Origin: Centroscyllium fabricii
Lineage: Eukaryota
Reading direction: 5' to 3'
Assembly (NCBI GenBank): GCA_051313645.2
Contig: JBNRSN020000014.1
Location: forward strand, 152,024,001 to 152,088,000
Length of the DNA: 64,000 nt
In this document: in pieces, positions 1-14,000 of the stretch
Numbering within the stretch: position 1 is the first letter of the stretch
Layout of the letters: each line of letters starts with the position of its first letter
The notes under the pieces: model-generated
Databases searched by the model: none
What the model was told of the DNA's origin: nothing
Seen by the model: the letters and a program-made list of their open reading frames with translations, nothing else
Position numbers and translations under genes: made by a program

Positions 1-3000
1 GAGGATTGACTGAGGGAGGATTGACTGAGAGTGGATTGACTGAGAGAGGACTGACTGTGAGAGGACTGACTGAGAGAGGATTGACTGAGAGAGAACTGAC
101 TGAGAGAGGATTGACTGAGAGAGGATTGACTGATAGAGGACTGACTGAGAGAGGATTGACTGAGAGAGAACTGACTGAGAGAGGATTGACTGAGAGAGGA
201 TTGACTGAGGGAGGAATGACTGAGAGAGGATTGACTGAGAGAGAACTGACTGAGAGAGGATTGACTGAGAGAGGATTGACTGAGAGAGGATTGAGTGTGG
301 GAGGATTGACTGAGAGAACTGACTGACAGAGTATTTACTGAGAGAGGATTGACTGAGAGAGGATTGACTGAGGGAGGATTGACTGAGAGAGGATTGACTG
401 AGAGAGAACTGACTGAGAGAGGATTGACTGAGGGAGAACTGACTGAGAGAGAACTCACTGAGAGAGGATTGACTGAGAGAGGATTGACTGAGGGATGATT
501 GAATGAGGGAGGATTGACTGAGGGCGGATTGACTGAGAGAGAACTGACTGAGAGATGATTGACTGAGGGAGAACTGACTGTGAGATGATTGACTGAGGGA
601 GGATTGACTGAGAGAGGACTGACTGAGAGAGGACTGACTGAGAGAGGATTGACTGAGGGAGGATTGACTGAGAGAGGATTGACTGAGAGAGGATTGACTG
701 AGAGAGAACTGACTGTGAGATGATTGACTGAGGGAGGTTTGACTGAGAGAGGATTGACTGAGGGAGGATTGACTGAGAGAGAACTGACTGAGAGAGGATT
801 GACTGAGAGAGGATTGACTGAGGGAGGATTGAATGAGAGAGAACTGAGAGAGGATTGACTGAGGGAGGATTGACTGAGAGAGGATTGACTGAGAGAGAAC
901 AGACTGAGAGAGGATTGACTGAGAGAGGATTGACTGAGAGAGGATTGACTGAGGGAGGATTGTCTGAGAGAGAACTGACTGAAAGAGGATTGACTGAGGG
1001 AGGATTGACTGAGAGAGGATTGACTGAGGGAGAATTGACTGAGAGAGAACTGACTGAGGAACGATTGACTGAGGGAGGATTGACAGACAGAGAGGATTGA
1101 CTGAGAGAGAACTGTCTGAGAGAGGATTGACTGAGGGAGGATTGACTGAGAGAGGATTGACTGAGAGAGGACTGACTGAGAGAGGATTGACTAAGAGAGA
1201 ACTGACTGAGAGAGGATTGACTGAGAGAGGATTGACTGATAGAGGACTGACTGAGGGAGGACTGACTGAGAGAGGATTGACTGAGAAATAATTGACTGAG
1301 AGAGGATTGAATGAGGGAGAACTGACTGAGGGAGAACTGACTGAGAGAGGATTGACTGAGGGAGAACTGACTGAGAGAGAACTGACTGAGAGAGAACTGA
1401 CTGAGCGAGGATTGACTGAGAGAGGATTGACTGAGAGAGGATTGACTGCGAGAGGACTGACTGAGAGAGAACTGACTGAGGGAGGATTGACTGAGGGAGG
1501 ATTGACTGAGGGAGGATTGATTGAGAGAGGATTGACTGAGAGAGGACTGACTGAGAGAGGACTGACTGAGAGAGTACAGACTGAGAGAGGATTGACTGAG
1601 AGAGGATTGACTGAGAGAGGATTGACTGAGGGAGGCTTGACTGAGAGAGGATTGACTCAGGGAGGATTGACTGAGAGAGGATTGACTGAGAGAGAACTGA
1701 CGGAGAGAGGATTGACTGAGAGAGGATTGACTGAGAGAGGATTGACTGAGGGAGGATTGACTGAGAGAGAACTGACTGAGAGATTATTTACTGAGGGAGG
1801 ATTGACTGAGAGAGGATTGACTGAGGGAGGATTGACTGAGAGAGGATTGACTGAGGGAGAACTGACTGAGAGAGGATTGACTGAGGGAGAACTCACTGAG
1901 AGAGAACAGACAGAGAGAGAACTGACTGAGAGAGGATTGACTGAGAGAGGATTGACTGCGAGAGGACTGACTGAGAGAGAACTGACTGGGGGAAGATTGA
2001 TTGAGGGAGTATTGACTGAGGGAGGATTGACTGAGAGAGGATTGACTGAGAGAAGACTGACTGAGGGAGGATTGACTGAGAGAGGATTGACTGAGGGAGG
2101 ATTGAATGAGAGAGGATTGACTGAGGGAGGATTGACTGAGAGAGAACTGACTCAGAGATAATTGACTGAGGGAGGATTGACAGAGAGAGGATTGACTGAG
2201 AGAGAACTGACTGAGAGAGGATTGACTGAGTGTGCAATGACTGAGAGAGGATTGACTGAGAGAGAACTGACTGAGAGAGGATTGACTGAGAGAGGTTTGA
2301 CTGAGAGAGGATTGACTGAGAGAGGATTAACTGAGGGAGGATTGACTGAGAGAGGATTGACTGAGGGAGGATTGAATGAGAGAGGATTGACTGAGGGAGG
2401 ATTGACTGAGAGAGAACTGACTCAGAGAGAATTGACTGAGGGAGGATTGACAGAGAGATGATTGACTGAGAGAGGATTGACTGAGTGAGGAATGACTGAG
2501 AGAGGATTGACTGAGAGAGAACTGACTGAGAGAGGATTGACTGAGAGAGGTTTGACTGAGAGAGGATTGACTGAGGGAGGATTGATTGAGAGAGAACTGA
2601 CTGAGAGAGGATTTACTGAGGGAGGATTGACTGAGAGAGGATTGACTGAGGGAGGATTGACTGAGAGAGGATTGACTGAGGGAGAACTGACTGAGAGAGG
2701 ATTGACTGAGGGAGAATTGACTGAGAGAGAACAGACTGAGAGAGAACAGACTGAGAGAGGATTGACTGAGAGAGAACTGACTGAGAGAGGATTGACTGAG
2801 GGAGGATTGACTGAGAGAGGATTGACTCAGAGAGGATTGACTGAGGGAGGATTGAATGAGAGAGGATTGACTGAGGGAGGATTGACTGAGGGAGAACTGA
2901 CTGAGAGATGATTGACTGAGAGAGGACTGACTGAGAGAGGACTGACTGAGAGATGATTGACTGAGGGAGGATTGACTGAGAGAATATTGACTGAGAGAGA

Positions 3001-6000
3001 ACTGACGGAGAGGAGATTGACTGAAGGAGGACTGACTGAGAAGAACTGACTGAGAGAGGACTGACTGAGAGAGGATTGACTGAGGGAGGATTGACTGAGA
3101 GAGGATTGACTGAGAGAGAACTGACTGAGAGAGGATTGACTGAGGGAGGATTGACTGAGAGAGAACTGACTGAGGGAGGACTGACTGAGAGAGTATTGAC
3201 TGAGAGAGAACTGACGGAGAGGAGATTGACTGAAGGAGGACTGACTGAGAAGAACTGACTGAGAGAGGACTGACTGAGAGAGGATTGACTGAGGGAGGAT
3301 TGACTGAGAGAGGATTGACTGAGAGAGAACTGACTGAGAGAGGATTGACTGAGGGAGAATTGACAGAGAGAGAACAGACTGAGAGAGAACTGACTGAGAG
3401 AGGATTGACAGAGAGAACTGACTGAGAGAGGATTGACTGAGGGAGGATTGATTGAGAGAGGATTGACTCAGAGAGGATTGACTGAGGGAGGATTGAATGA
3501 GAGAGGATTGACTGAGGGAGGATTGACTGAGGGAGAACTGACTGAGAGATGATTGACTGAGAGAGGACTGACTGAGAGAGGACTGACTGAGAGATGATTG
3601 ACTGAGGGAGGATTGACTGAGAGAATATTGACTGAGAGAGGATTTACGAGGAGAGAACTGACTGAGAGAGGACTGACTGAGAGAGGATTGACTGAGAGAG
3701 AACTGACTGAGGGAGGACTGACTGAGAGAGTATTGACTGAGAGAGAACTGACGGAGAGGAGATTGACTGAAGGAGGACTGACTGAGAAGAACTGACTGAG
3801 AGAGTACTGACTGAGAGAGGATTGACTGAGGGAGGATTCACTGAGAGAGGATTGACTGAGAGAGGATTGACTGAGAGAGGATTGACTGATAGAGGATTGA
3901 CTGAGGGAGGATTGAATGAGAGAGGATTGACTGAGGGAGGATTGACTGAGAGAAGATTGACTGAGAGAGAACTGACTGACAGAGGATTGACTGAGGGAAG
4001 ATTGACTGAGAGAGGATTGACGCAGAGAGGATTGACTGAGTGAGGATTGAATGAGACAGGATTGACTGAGGGAGGATTGACTGAGGGAGAACTGACTGAG
4101 GGAGAACTGACTGAGAGAGGATTGACTGAGAGAGGACTGACTGAGAGAGGACTGACTGAGAGAGGATTGACTGAGGGAGGATTGAATGAGAGAGGATTGA
4201 CTGAGAGAGGATTGACTGAGAGAGAACTGACTGAGAGAGGATTGACTGAGGGAGGACTGACTGAGAGAGAACTGACTGAGAGAGGACTGACTGAGAGAGG
4301 ATTGACTGAGAGAGAACTGACTGAGGGAGGACTGAATGAGAGAGGATTGACTGAGAGAGAACTGACTGAGAGAGTATTGACTGAGGGAGGACTGACTGAG
4401 AGAGAACTGACTGAGAGAGGACTGACTGAGAGATGATTGACTGAGGGAGGATTCACTGAGAAAGGATTCACTGAGAGAGAACTGACTGAGAGAGGATTGA
4501 CTGAGGGAGGATTGACTGAGAGAGGATTGACTGAGAGAGAACTGACTGAGAGAGGATTGACTGAGAGAGGATTGACTGAGAGAGGATTGACTGAGGGAGG
4601 ATTGACTGAGAGAGAACTGACTGAGAGAGGATTGATTGAGCGAGGATTGACTGAGAGACGATTGACTGAGGGAGGATTGACTGAGAGAGGATTGACTGAG
4701 AGAGAACTGACTGAGAGAGGATTGACTGAGGGAGGATTGACTGAGAGAGGATTGACTGAGAGAGAACTGACTGAGAGAGGATTGACTGAGGGAGGATTGA
4801 CTGAGAGTGGATTGACTGAGAGAGGACTGACTGAGAGAGGACTGACTGAGAGAGGATTGACTGAGAGAGAACTGACTGAGAGAGGATTGACTGAGAGAAG
4901 ATTGACTGATAGAGGACTGACTGAGAGAGGATTGACTGAGAGAGAACTGACTGAGAGAGGATTGACTGAGAGAGGATTGACTGAGGGAGGAATGACTGAG
5001 AGAGGATTGACTGAGAGAGAACTGACTGAGAGAGGATTGACTGAGAGAGGATTGACTGAGAGAGGATTGAGTGAGGGAGGATTGACTGAGAGAACTGACT
5101 GACAGAGTATTTACTGAGAGAGGATTGACTGAGAGAGGATTGACTGAGGGAGGATTGACTGAGAGAGGATTGACTGAGAGAGAACTGACTGAGAGAGGAT
5201 TGACTGAGGGAGAACTGACTGAGAGAGAACTCACTGAGAGAGGATTGACTGAGAGAGGATTGACTGAGGGATGATTGAATGAGGGAGGATTGACTGAGGG
5301 AGGATTGACTGAGAGAGAACTGACTGAGAGATGATTGACTGAGGGAGAACTGACTGTGAGATGATTGACTGAGGGAGGATTGACTGAGAGAGGACTGACT
5401 GAGAGAGGACTGACTGAGAGAGGATTGACTGAGGGAGGATTGACTGAGAGAGGATTGACTGAGAGAGGATTGACTGAGAGAGAACTGACTGTGAGATGAT
5501 TGACTGAGGGAGGTTTGACTGAGAGAGGATTGACTGAGGGAGGATTGACTGAGAGAGAACTGACTGAGAGAGGATTGACTGAGAGAGGATTGACTGAGGG
5601 AGGATTGAATGAGAGAGAACTGAGAGAGGATTGACTGAGGGAGGATTGACTGAGAGAGGATTGACTGAGAGAGAACAGACTGAGAGAGGATTGACTGAGA
5701 GAGGATTGTCTGAGAGAGGATTGACTGAGGGAGGATTGTCTGAGAGAGAACTGACTGAAAGAGGATTGACTGAGGGAGGATTGACTGAGAGAGGATTGAC
5801 TGAGGGAGAATTGACTGAGAGAGAACTGACTGAGAAACGATTGACTGAGGGAGGATTGACAGACAGAGAGGATTGACTGAGAGAGAACTGTCTGAGAGAG
5901 GATTGACTGAGGGAGGATTGACTGAGAGAGGATTGACTGAGAGAGGACTGACTGAGAGAGGATTGACTAAGAGAGAACTGACTGAGAGAGGATTGACTGA

Positions 6001-8050
6001 GAGAGGATTGACTGATAGAGGACTGACTGAGGGAGGACTGACTGAGAGAGGATTGACTGAGAAATAATTGACTGAGAGAGGATTGAATGAGGGAGAACTG
6101 ACTGAGGGAGAACTGACTGAGAGAGGATTGACTGAGGGAGAACTGACTGAGAGAGAACTGACTGAGAGAGAACTGACTGAGCGAGGATTGACTGAGAGAG
6201 GATTGACTGAGAGAGGATTGACTGCGAGAGGACTGACTGAGAGAGAACTGACTGAGGGAGGATTGACTGAGGGAGGATTGACTGAGGGAGGATTGATTGA
6301 GAGAGGATTGACTGAGAGAGGACTGACTGAGAGAGGACTGACTGAGAGAGTACAGACTGAGAGAGGATTGACTGAGAGAGGATTGACTGAGAGAGGATTG
6401 ACTGAGAGAGGCTTGACTGAGAGAGGATTGACTCAGGGAGGATTGACTGAGAGAGGATTGACTGAGAGAGAACTGACGGAGAGAGGATTGACTGAGAGAG
6501 GATTGACTGAGAGAGGATTGACTGAGGGAGGATTGACTGAGAGAGAACTGACTGAGAGATTATTTACTGAGGGAGGATTGACTGAGAGAGGATTGACTGA
6601 GGGATGATTGACTGAGAGAGGATTGACTGAGGGAGAACTGACTGAGAGAGGATTGACTGAGGGAGAACTCACTGAGAGAGAACAGACAGAGAGAGAACTG
6701 ACTGAGAGAGGATTGACTGAGAGAGGATTGACTGCGAGAGGACTGACTGAGAGAGAACTGACTGGGGGAAGATTGATTGAGGGAGTATTGACTGAGGGAG
6801 GATTGACTGAGAGAGGATTGACTGAGAGAGGACTGACTGAGGGAGGATTGACTGAGAGAGGATTGACTGAGGGAGGATTGAATGAGAGAGGATTGACTGA
6901 GGGAGGATTGACTGAGAGAGAACTGACTCAGAGATAATTGACTGAGGGAGGATTGACAGAGAGAGGATTGACTGAGAGAGAACTGACTGAGAGAGGATTG
7001 ACTGAGTGTGGAATGACTGAGAGAGGATTGACTGAGAGAGAAAAGAACTGAGAGAGGATTGACTGAGAGAGGTTTGACTGAGAGAGGATTGACTGAGAGA
7101 GGATTGACTGAGGGAGGATTGACTGAGAGAGGATTGACTGAGGGAGGATTGAATGAGAGAGGATTGACTGAGGGAGGATTGACTGAGAGAGAACTGACTC
7201 AGAGAGAATAGACTGAGGGAGGATTGACAGAGAGATGATTGACTGAGAGAGGATTGACTGAGTGAGGAATGACTGAGAGAGGATTGACTGAGAGAGAACT
7301 GACTGAGAGAGGATTGACTGAGAGAGGTTTGACTGAGAGAGGATTGACTGAGGGAGGATTGATTGAGAGAGAACTGACTGAGAGAGGATTTACTGAGGGA
7401 GGATTGACTGAGAGAGGATTGACTGAGGGAGGATTGACTGAGAGAGGATTGACTGAGGGAGAACTGACTGAGAGAGGATTGACTGAGGGAGAATTGACTG
7501 AGAGAGAACAGACTGAGAGAGAACAGACTGAGAGAGGATTGACTGAGAGAGAACTGACTGAGAGAGGATTGACTGAGGGAGGATTGACTGAGAGAGGATT
7601 GACTCAGAGAGGATTGACTGAGGGAGGATTGAATGAGAGAGGATTGACTGAGGGAGGATTGACTGAGGGAGAACTGACTGAGAGATGATTGACTGAGAGA
7701 GGACTGACTGAGAGAGGACTGACTGAGAGATGATTGACTGAGGGACGATTGACTGAGAGAATATTGCCTGAGAGAGAACTGACGGAGAGGAGATTGACTG
7801 AAGGAGGACTGACTGAGAAGAACTGACTGAGAGAGGACTGACTGAGAGAGGATTGACTGAGGGAGGATTGACTGAGAGAGGATTGACTGAGAGAGAACTG
7901 ACTGAGAGAGGATTGACTGAGGGAGGATTGACTGAGAGAGAACTGACTGAGGGAGGACTGACTGAGAGAGTATTGACTGAGAGAGAACTGACGGAGAGGA
8001 GATTGACTGAAGGAGGACTGACTGAGAAGAACTGACTGAGAGAGGACTGA
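1..8050 (+). repeat. Higher-order duplication in satellite, offset 4776 bp (approx. 1-3300 vs 4777-8050)
   Basis: Rare-variant series recur at a fixed offset: pseudo-ORFs 855/5631, 1097/5873 and 1292/6068 (offset 4776), 2492/7269 and 3076/7853 (offset 4777). Boundaries approximate. Confidence 0.85.
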
Positions 8051-11000
8051 CTGAGAGAGGATTGACTGAGGGAGGATTGACTGAGAGAGGATTGACTGAG
8101 AGAGAACTGACTGAGAGAGGATTGACTGAGGGAGGATTGATTGAGAGAGGATTGACTGAGGGAGGATTGACTGAGAGAGAACTGACTGAGGGAGGATTTA
8201 CTGAGAGAGGATTGACTGAGAGAGGATTGACTGATAGAGGATTGACTGAGGGAGGATTGAATGAGAGAGGATTGACTGAGGGAGGATTGACTGAGAGAAG
8301 ATTGACTGAGAGAGAACTGACTGACAGAGGATTGACTGAGGGAAGATTGACTGAGAGAGGATTGACGCAGAGAGGATTGACTGAGTGAGGATTGAATGAG
8401 AGAGGATTGACTGAGGGAGGATTGACTGAGGGAGAACTGACTGGGGGAGAACTGACTGAGAGAGGATTGACTGAGAGAGGACTGCCTGAGAGAGGACTGA
8501 CTGAGAGAGGATTGACTGAGGGAGGATTGACTGAGAGAGGATTGACTGAGAGAGGATTGACTGAGAGAGAACTGACTGAGAGAGGATTGACTGAGGGAGG
8601 ACTGACTGAGAGAGAACTGACTGAGAGAGGACTGACTGAGAGAGGATTTACTGAGAGAGAACTGACTGAGGGAGGACTGACTGAGAGAGGATTGACTGAG
8701 AGAGAACTGACTGAGAGAGTATTGACTGAGGGAGGACTGACTGAGAGAGAACTGACTGAGAGAGGACTGACTGAGAGATGATTGACTGAGGGAGGATTCA
8801 CTGAGAAAGGATTCACTGAGAGAGAACTGACTGAGAGAGGATTGACTGGGGGAGGATTGACTGAGAGAGGATTGACTGAGAGAGAACTGACTGAGAGAGG
8901 ATTGACTTAGAGAGGATTGACTGAGAGAGGATTGACTGAGGGAGGATTGACTGAGAGAGAACTGACTGAGAGAGGATTGATTGAGGGAGGATTGACTGAG
9001 AGACGATTGACTGAGGGAGGATTGACTGAGAGAGGATTGACTGAGAGAGAACTGACTGAGAGAGGATTGACTGAGGGAGGATTGACTGAGAGAGGATTGA
9101 CTGAGAGAGAACAGACTGAGAGAGGATTGACTGAGGGAGGATTGACTGAGAGAGGATTGACTGAGAGAGGACTGACTGAGAGAGGATTGACTGAGAGAGA
9201 ACTGACTGAGAGAGGATTGACTGAGAGAGGATTGACTGATAGAGGACTGACTGAGAGTGGATTGACTGAGAGAGAACTGACTGAGAGAGGATTGACTGAG
9301 AGAGGATTGACTGAGGGAGGAAAGACTGAGAGAGGATTGACTGAGAGAGAACTGACTGAGAGAGGATTGACTGAGAGAGGATTGACTGAGAGAGGATTGA
9401 GTGAGGGAGGATTGACTGAGAGAACTGACTGACAGAGTATTTACTGAGAGAGGATTGACTGAGAGAGGATTGACTGAGGGAGGATTGACTGAGAGAGGAT
9501 TGACTGAGAGAGAACTGACTGAGAGAGGATTGACTGAGGGAGAACTGACTGAGATATAACTCACTGAGAGAGGATTGACTGAGAGAGGATTGACTGAGGG
9601 ATGATTGAATGAGGGAGGATTGACTGAGGGAGGATTGACTGAGAGAGAACTGACTGAGAGATGATTGACTGAGGGAGGTTTGACTGAGAGAGAACTGACT
9701 GTGAGATGATTGACTGAGGGAGGATTGACTGAGAGAGCTGACTGAGAGAGGACTGACTGAGAGAGGATTGACTGAGGGAGGATTGACTGAGAGAGGATTG
9801 ACTGAGAGAGGATTGACTGAGAGAGAACTGACTGTGAGATGATTGACTGAGGGAGGTTTGACTGAGAGAGGATTGACTGAGGGAGGATTGACTGAGAGAG
9901 AACTGACTGAGAGAGGATTGACTGAGAGAGGATTGACTGAGGGAGGATTGAATGAGAGAGAACTGAGAGAGGATTGACTGAGGGAGGATTGACTGAGAGA
10001 GGATTGACTGAGAGAGGACTGACTGAGAGAGGATTGACTGAGGGAGGTTTGACTGAGAGCAGATTGACTGAGAGAGGATTGACTGAGGGAGGATTGACTG
10101 AGAGAGTATTGACTCAGAGAGGATTGACTGAGGGAGGATTGAATGAGAGAGGATTGACTGAGGGAGGATTGACTGAGGGAGAACTGACTGAGAGATGATT
10201 GACTGAGAGAGGACTGACTGAGAGAGGACTGACTGAGAGATGATTGACTGAGGGAGGATTGACTGAGAGAATATTGACTGAGAGAGGATTTACTAGGAGA
10301 GAACTGACTGAGAGAGGACTGACTGAGAGAGGATTGACTGAGAGAGAACTGACTGAGGGAGGACTGACTGAGAGAGTATTGACTGAGAGAGAACTGACGG
10401 AGAGGAGATTGACTGAAGGAGGACTGACTGAGAAGAACTGACTGAGAGAGGACTGACTGAGAGAGGATTGACTGAGGGAGGATTGACTGAGAGAGGATTG
10501 ACTGAGAGAGAACTGACTGAGAGAGGATTGACTGAGGGAGAATTGACTGAGAGAGAACAGACTGAGAGAGAACTGACTGAGAGAGGATTGACAGAGAGAA
10601 CTGACTGAGAGAGGATTGACTGAGGGAGGATTGATTGAGAGAGGATTGACTCAGAGAGGATTGACTGAGGGAGGATTGAATGAGAGAGGATTGACTGAGG
10701 GAGGATTGACTGAGGGAGAACTGACTGAGAGATGATTGACTGAGAGAGGACTGACTGAGAGAGGACTGACTGAGAGATGATTGACTGAGGGAGGATTGAC
10801 TGAGAGAATATTGACTGAGAGAGGATTTACTAGGAGAGAACTGACTGAGAGAGGACTGACTGAGAGAGGATTGACTGAGAGAGAACTGACTGAGGGAGGA
10901 CTGACTGAGAGAGTATTGACTGAGAGAGAACTGACGGAGAGGAGATTGACTGAAGGAGGACTGACTGAGAAGAACTGACTGAGAGAGGACTGACTGAGAG

Positions 11001-14000
11001 AGGATTGACTGAGGGAGGATTCACTGAGAGAGGATTGACTGAGAGAGGATTGACTGAGAGAGGATTGACTGATAGAGGATTGACTGAGGGAGGATTGAAT
11101 CAGAGAGGATTGACTGAGGGAGGATTGACTGAGAGAAGATTGACTGAGAGAGAACTGACTGACAGAGGATTGACTGAGGGAGATGACTGAGAGAGGATTG
11201 ACGCAGAGAGATTGACTGAGTGAGGATTGAATGAGACAGGATTGACTGAGGGAGGATTGACTGAGGGAGAACTGACTGAGGGAGAACTGACTGAGAGAGG
11301 ATTGACTGAGAGAGGACTGACTGAGAGAGGACTGACTGAGAGAGGATTGACTGAGGGAGGATTGAATGAGAGAGGATTGACTGAGAGAGGATTGACTGAG
11401 AGAGAACTGACTGAGAGAAGATTGACTGAGGGAGGACTGACTGAGAGAGAACTGACTGAGAGAGGACTGACTGAGAGAGGATTGACTGAGAGAGAACTGA
11501 CTGAGGGAGGACATGACTGAGAGAGGATTGACTGAGAGAGAACTGACTGAGAGAGTATTGACTGAGGGAGGACTGACTGAGAGAGAACTGACTGAGAGAG
11601 GACTGACTGAGAGATGATTGACTGAGGGAGGATTCACTGAGAAAGATTCACTGAGAGAGAACTGACTGAGAGAGGATTGACTGAGGGAGATTGACTGAGA
11701 GAGGATTGACTGAGAGAGAACTGACTGAGAGAGGATTGACTGAGAGAGGATTGACTGAGAGAGGATTGACTGAGGGAGGATTGACTGAGAGAGAACTGAC
11801 TGAGAGAGGATTGATTGAGGGAGGATTGACTGAGAGACGATTGACTGAGGGAGGATGACTGAGAGAGGATTGACTGAGAGAGAACTGACTGAGAGAGGAT
11901 TGACTGAGGGGAGGATTGACTGAGAGAGGATTGACTGAGAGAGAACTGACTGAGAGAGGATTGACTGAGGGAGGATTGACTGAGAGTGGATTGACTGAGA
12001 GAGGACTGACTGAGAGAGGACTGACTGAGAGAGGATTGACTGAGAGAGAACTGACTGAGAGAGGATTGACTGAGAGAAGATTGACTGATAGAGGACTGAC
12101 TGAGAGAGGATTGACTGAGAGAGAACTGACTGAGAGAGGATTGACTGAGAGAGGATTGACTGAGGGAGGAATGACTGAGAGAGGATTGACTGAGAGAGAA
12201 CTGACTGAGAGAGGATTGACTGAGAGAGGATTGACTGAGAGAGGATTGAGTGAGGGAGGATTGACTGAGAGAACTGACTGACAGAGTATTTACTGAGAGA
12301 GGATTGACTGAGAGAGGATTGACTGAGGGAGGATTGACTGAGAGAGGATTGACTGAGAGAGAACTGACTGAGAGAATATTGACTGAGGGAGAACTGACTG
12401 AGAGAGAACTCACTGAGAGAGGATTGACTGAGAGAGGATTGACTGAGGGATGATTGAATGAGGGAGGATTGACTGAGGGAGGATTGACTGAGAGAGAACT
12501 GACTGAGAGATGATTGACTGAGGGAGAACTGACTGTGAGATGATTGACTGAGGGAGGATTGACTGAGAGAGGACTGACTGAGAGAGGACTGACTGAGAGA
12601 GGATTGACTGAGGGAGGATTGACTGAGAGTGGATTGACTGAGAGAGGATTGACTGAGAGAGAACTGACTGTGAGATGATTGACTGAGGGAGGTTTGACTG
12701 AGAGAGGATTGACTGAGGGAGGATTGACTGAGAGAGAACTGACTGAGAGAGGATTGACTGAGAGAGGATTGACTGAGGGAGGATTGAATGAGAGAGAACT
12801 GAGAGAGGATTGACTGAGGGAGGATTGACTGAGAGAGGATTGACTGAGAGAGAACAGACTGAGAGAGGATTGACTGAGAGAGGATTGACTGAGAGAGGAT
12901 TGACTGAGGGAGGATTGTCTGAGAGAGAACTGACTGAAAGAGGATTGACTGAGGGAGGATTGACTGAGAGAGGATTGACTGAGGGAGAATTGACTGAGAG
13001 AGAACTGACTGAGAAACGATTGACTGAGGGAGGATTGACAGACAGAGAGGATTGACTGAGAGAGAACTGTCTGAGAGAGGATTGACTGAGGGAGGATTGA
13101 CTGAGAGAGGATTGACTGAGAGAGGACTGACTGAGAGAGGATTGACTAAGAGAGAACTGACTGAGAGAGGATTGACTGAGAGAGGATTGACTGATAGAGG
13201 ACTGACTGAGGGAGGACTGACTGAGAGAGGATTGACTGAGAAATAATTGACTGAGAGAGGATTGAATGAGGGAGAACTGACTGAGGGAGAACTGACTGAG
13301 AGAGGATTGACTGAGGGAGAACTGACTGAGAGAGAACTGACTGAGAGAGAACTGACTGAGCGAGGATTGACTGAGAGAGGATTGACTGAGAGAGGATTGA
13401 CTGCGAGAGGACTGACTGAGAGAGAACTGACTGAGGGAGGATTGACTGAGGGAGGATTGACTGAGGGAGGATTGATTGAGAGAGGATTGACTGAGAGAGG
13501 ACTGACTGAGAGAGGACTGACTGAGAGAGTACAGACTGAGAGAGGATTGACTGAGAGAGGATTGACTGAGAGAGGATTGACTGAGAGAGGCTTGACTGAG
13601 AGAGGATTGACTCAGGGAGGATTGACTGAGAGAGGATTGACTGAGAGAGAACTGACGGAGAGAGGATTGACTGAGAGAGGATTGACTGAGAGAGGATTGA
13701 CTGAGGGAGGATTGACTGAGAGAGAACTGACTGAGAGATTATTTACTGAGGGAGGATGGACTGAGAGAGGATTGACAGAGGGATGATTGACTGAGAGAGG
13801 ATTGACTGAGGGAGAACTGACTGAGAGAGGATTGACTGAGGGAGAACTCACTGAGAGAGAACAGACAGAGAGAGAAATGACTGAGAGAGGATTGACTGAG
13901 AGAGGATTGACTGCGAGAGGACTGACTGAGAGAGAACTGACTGGGGGAAGATTGATTGAGGGAGTATTGACTGAGGGAGGATTGACTGAGAGAGGATTGA

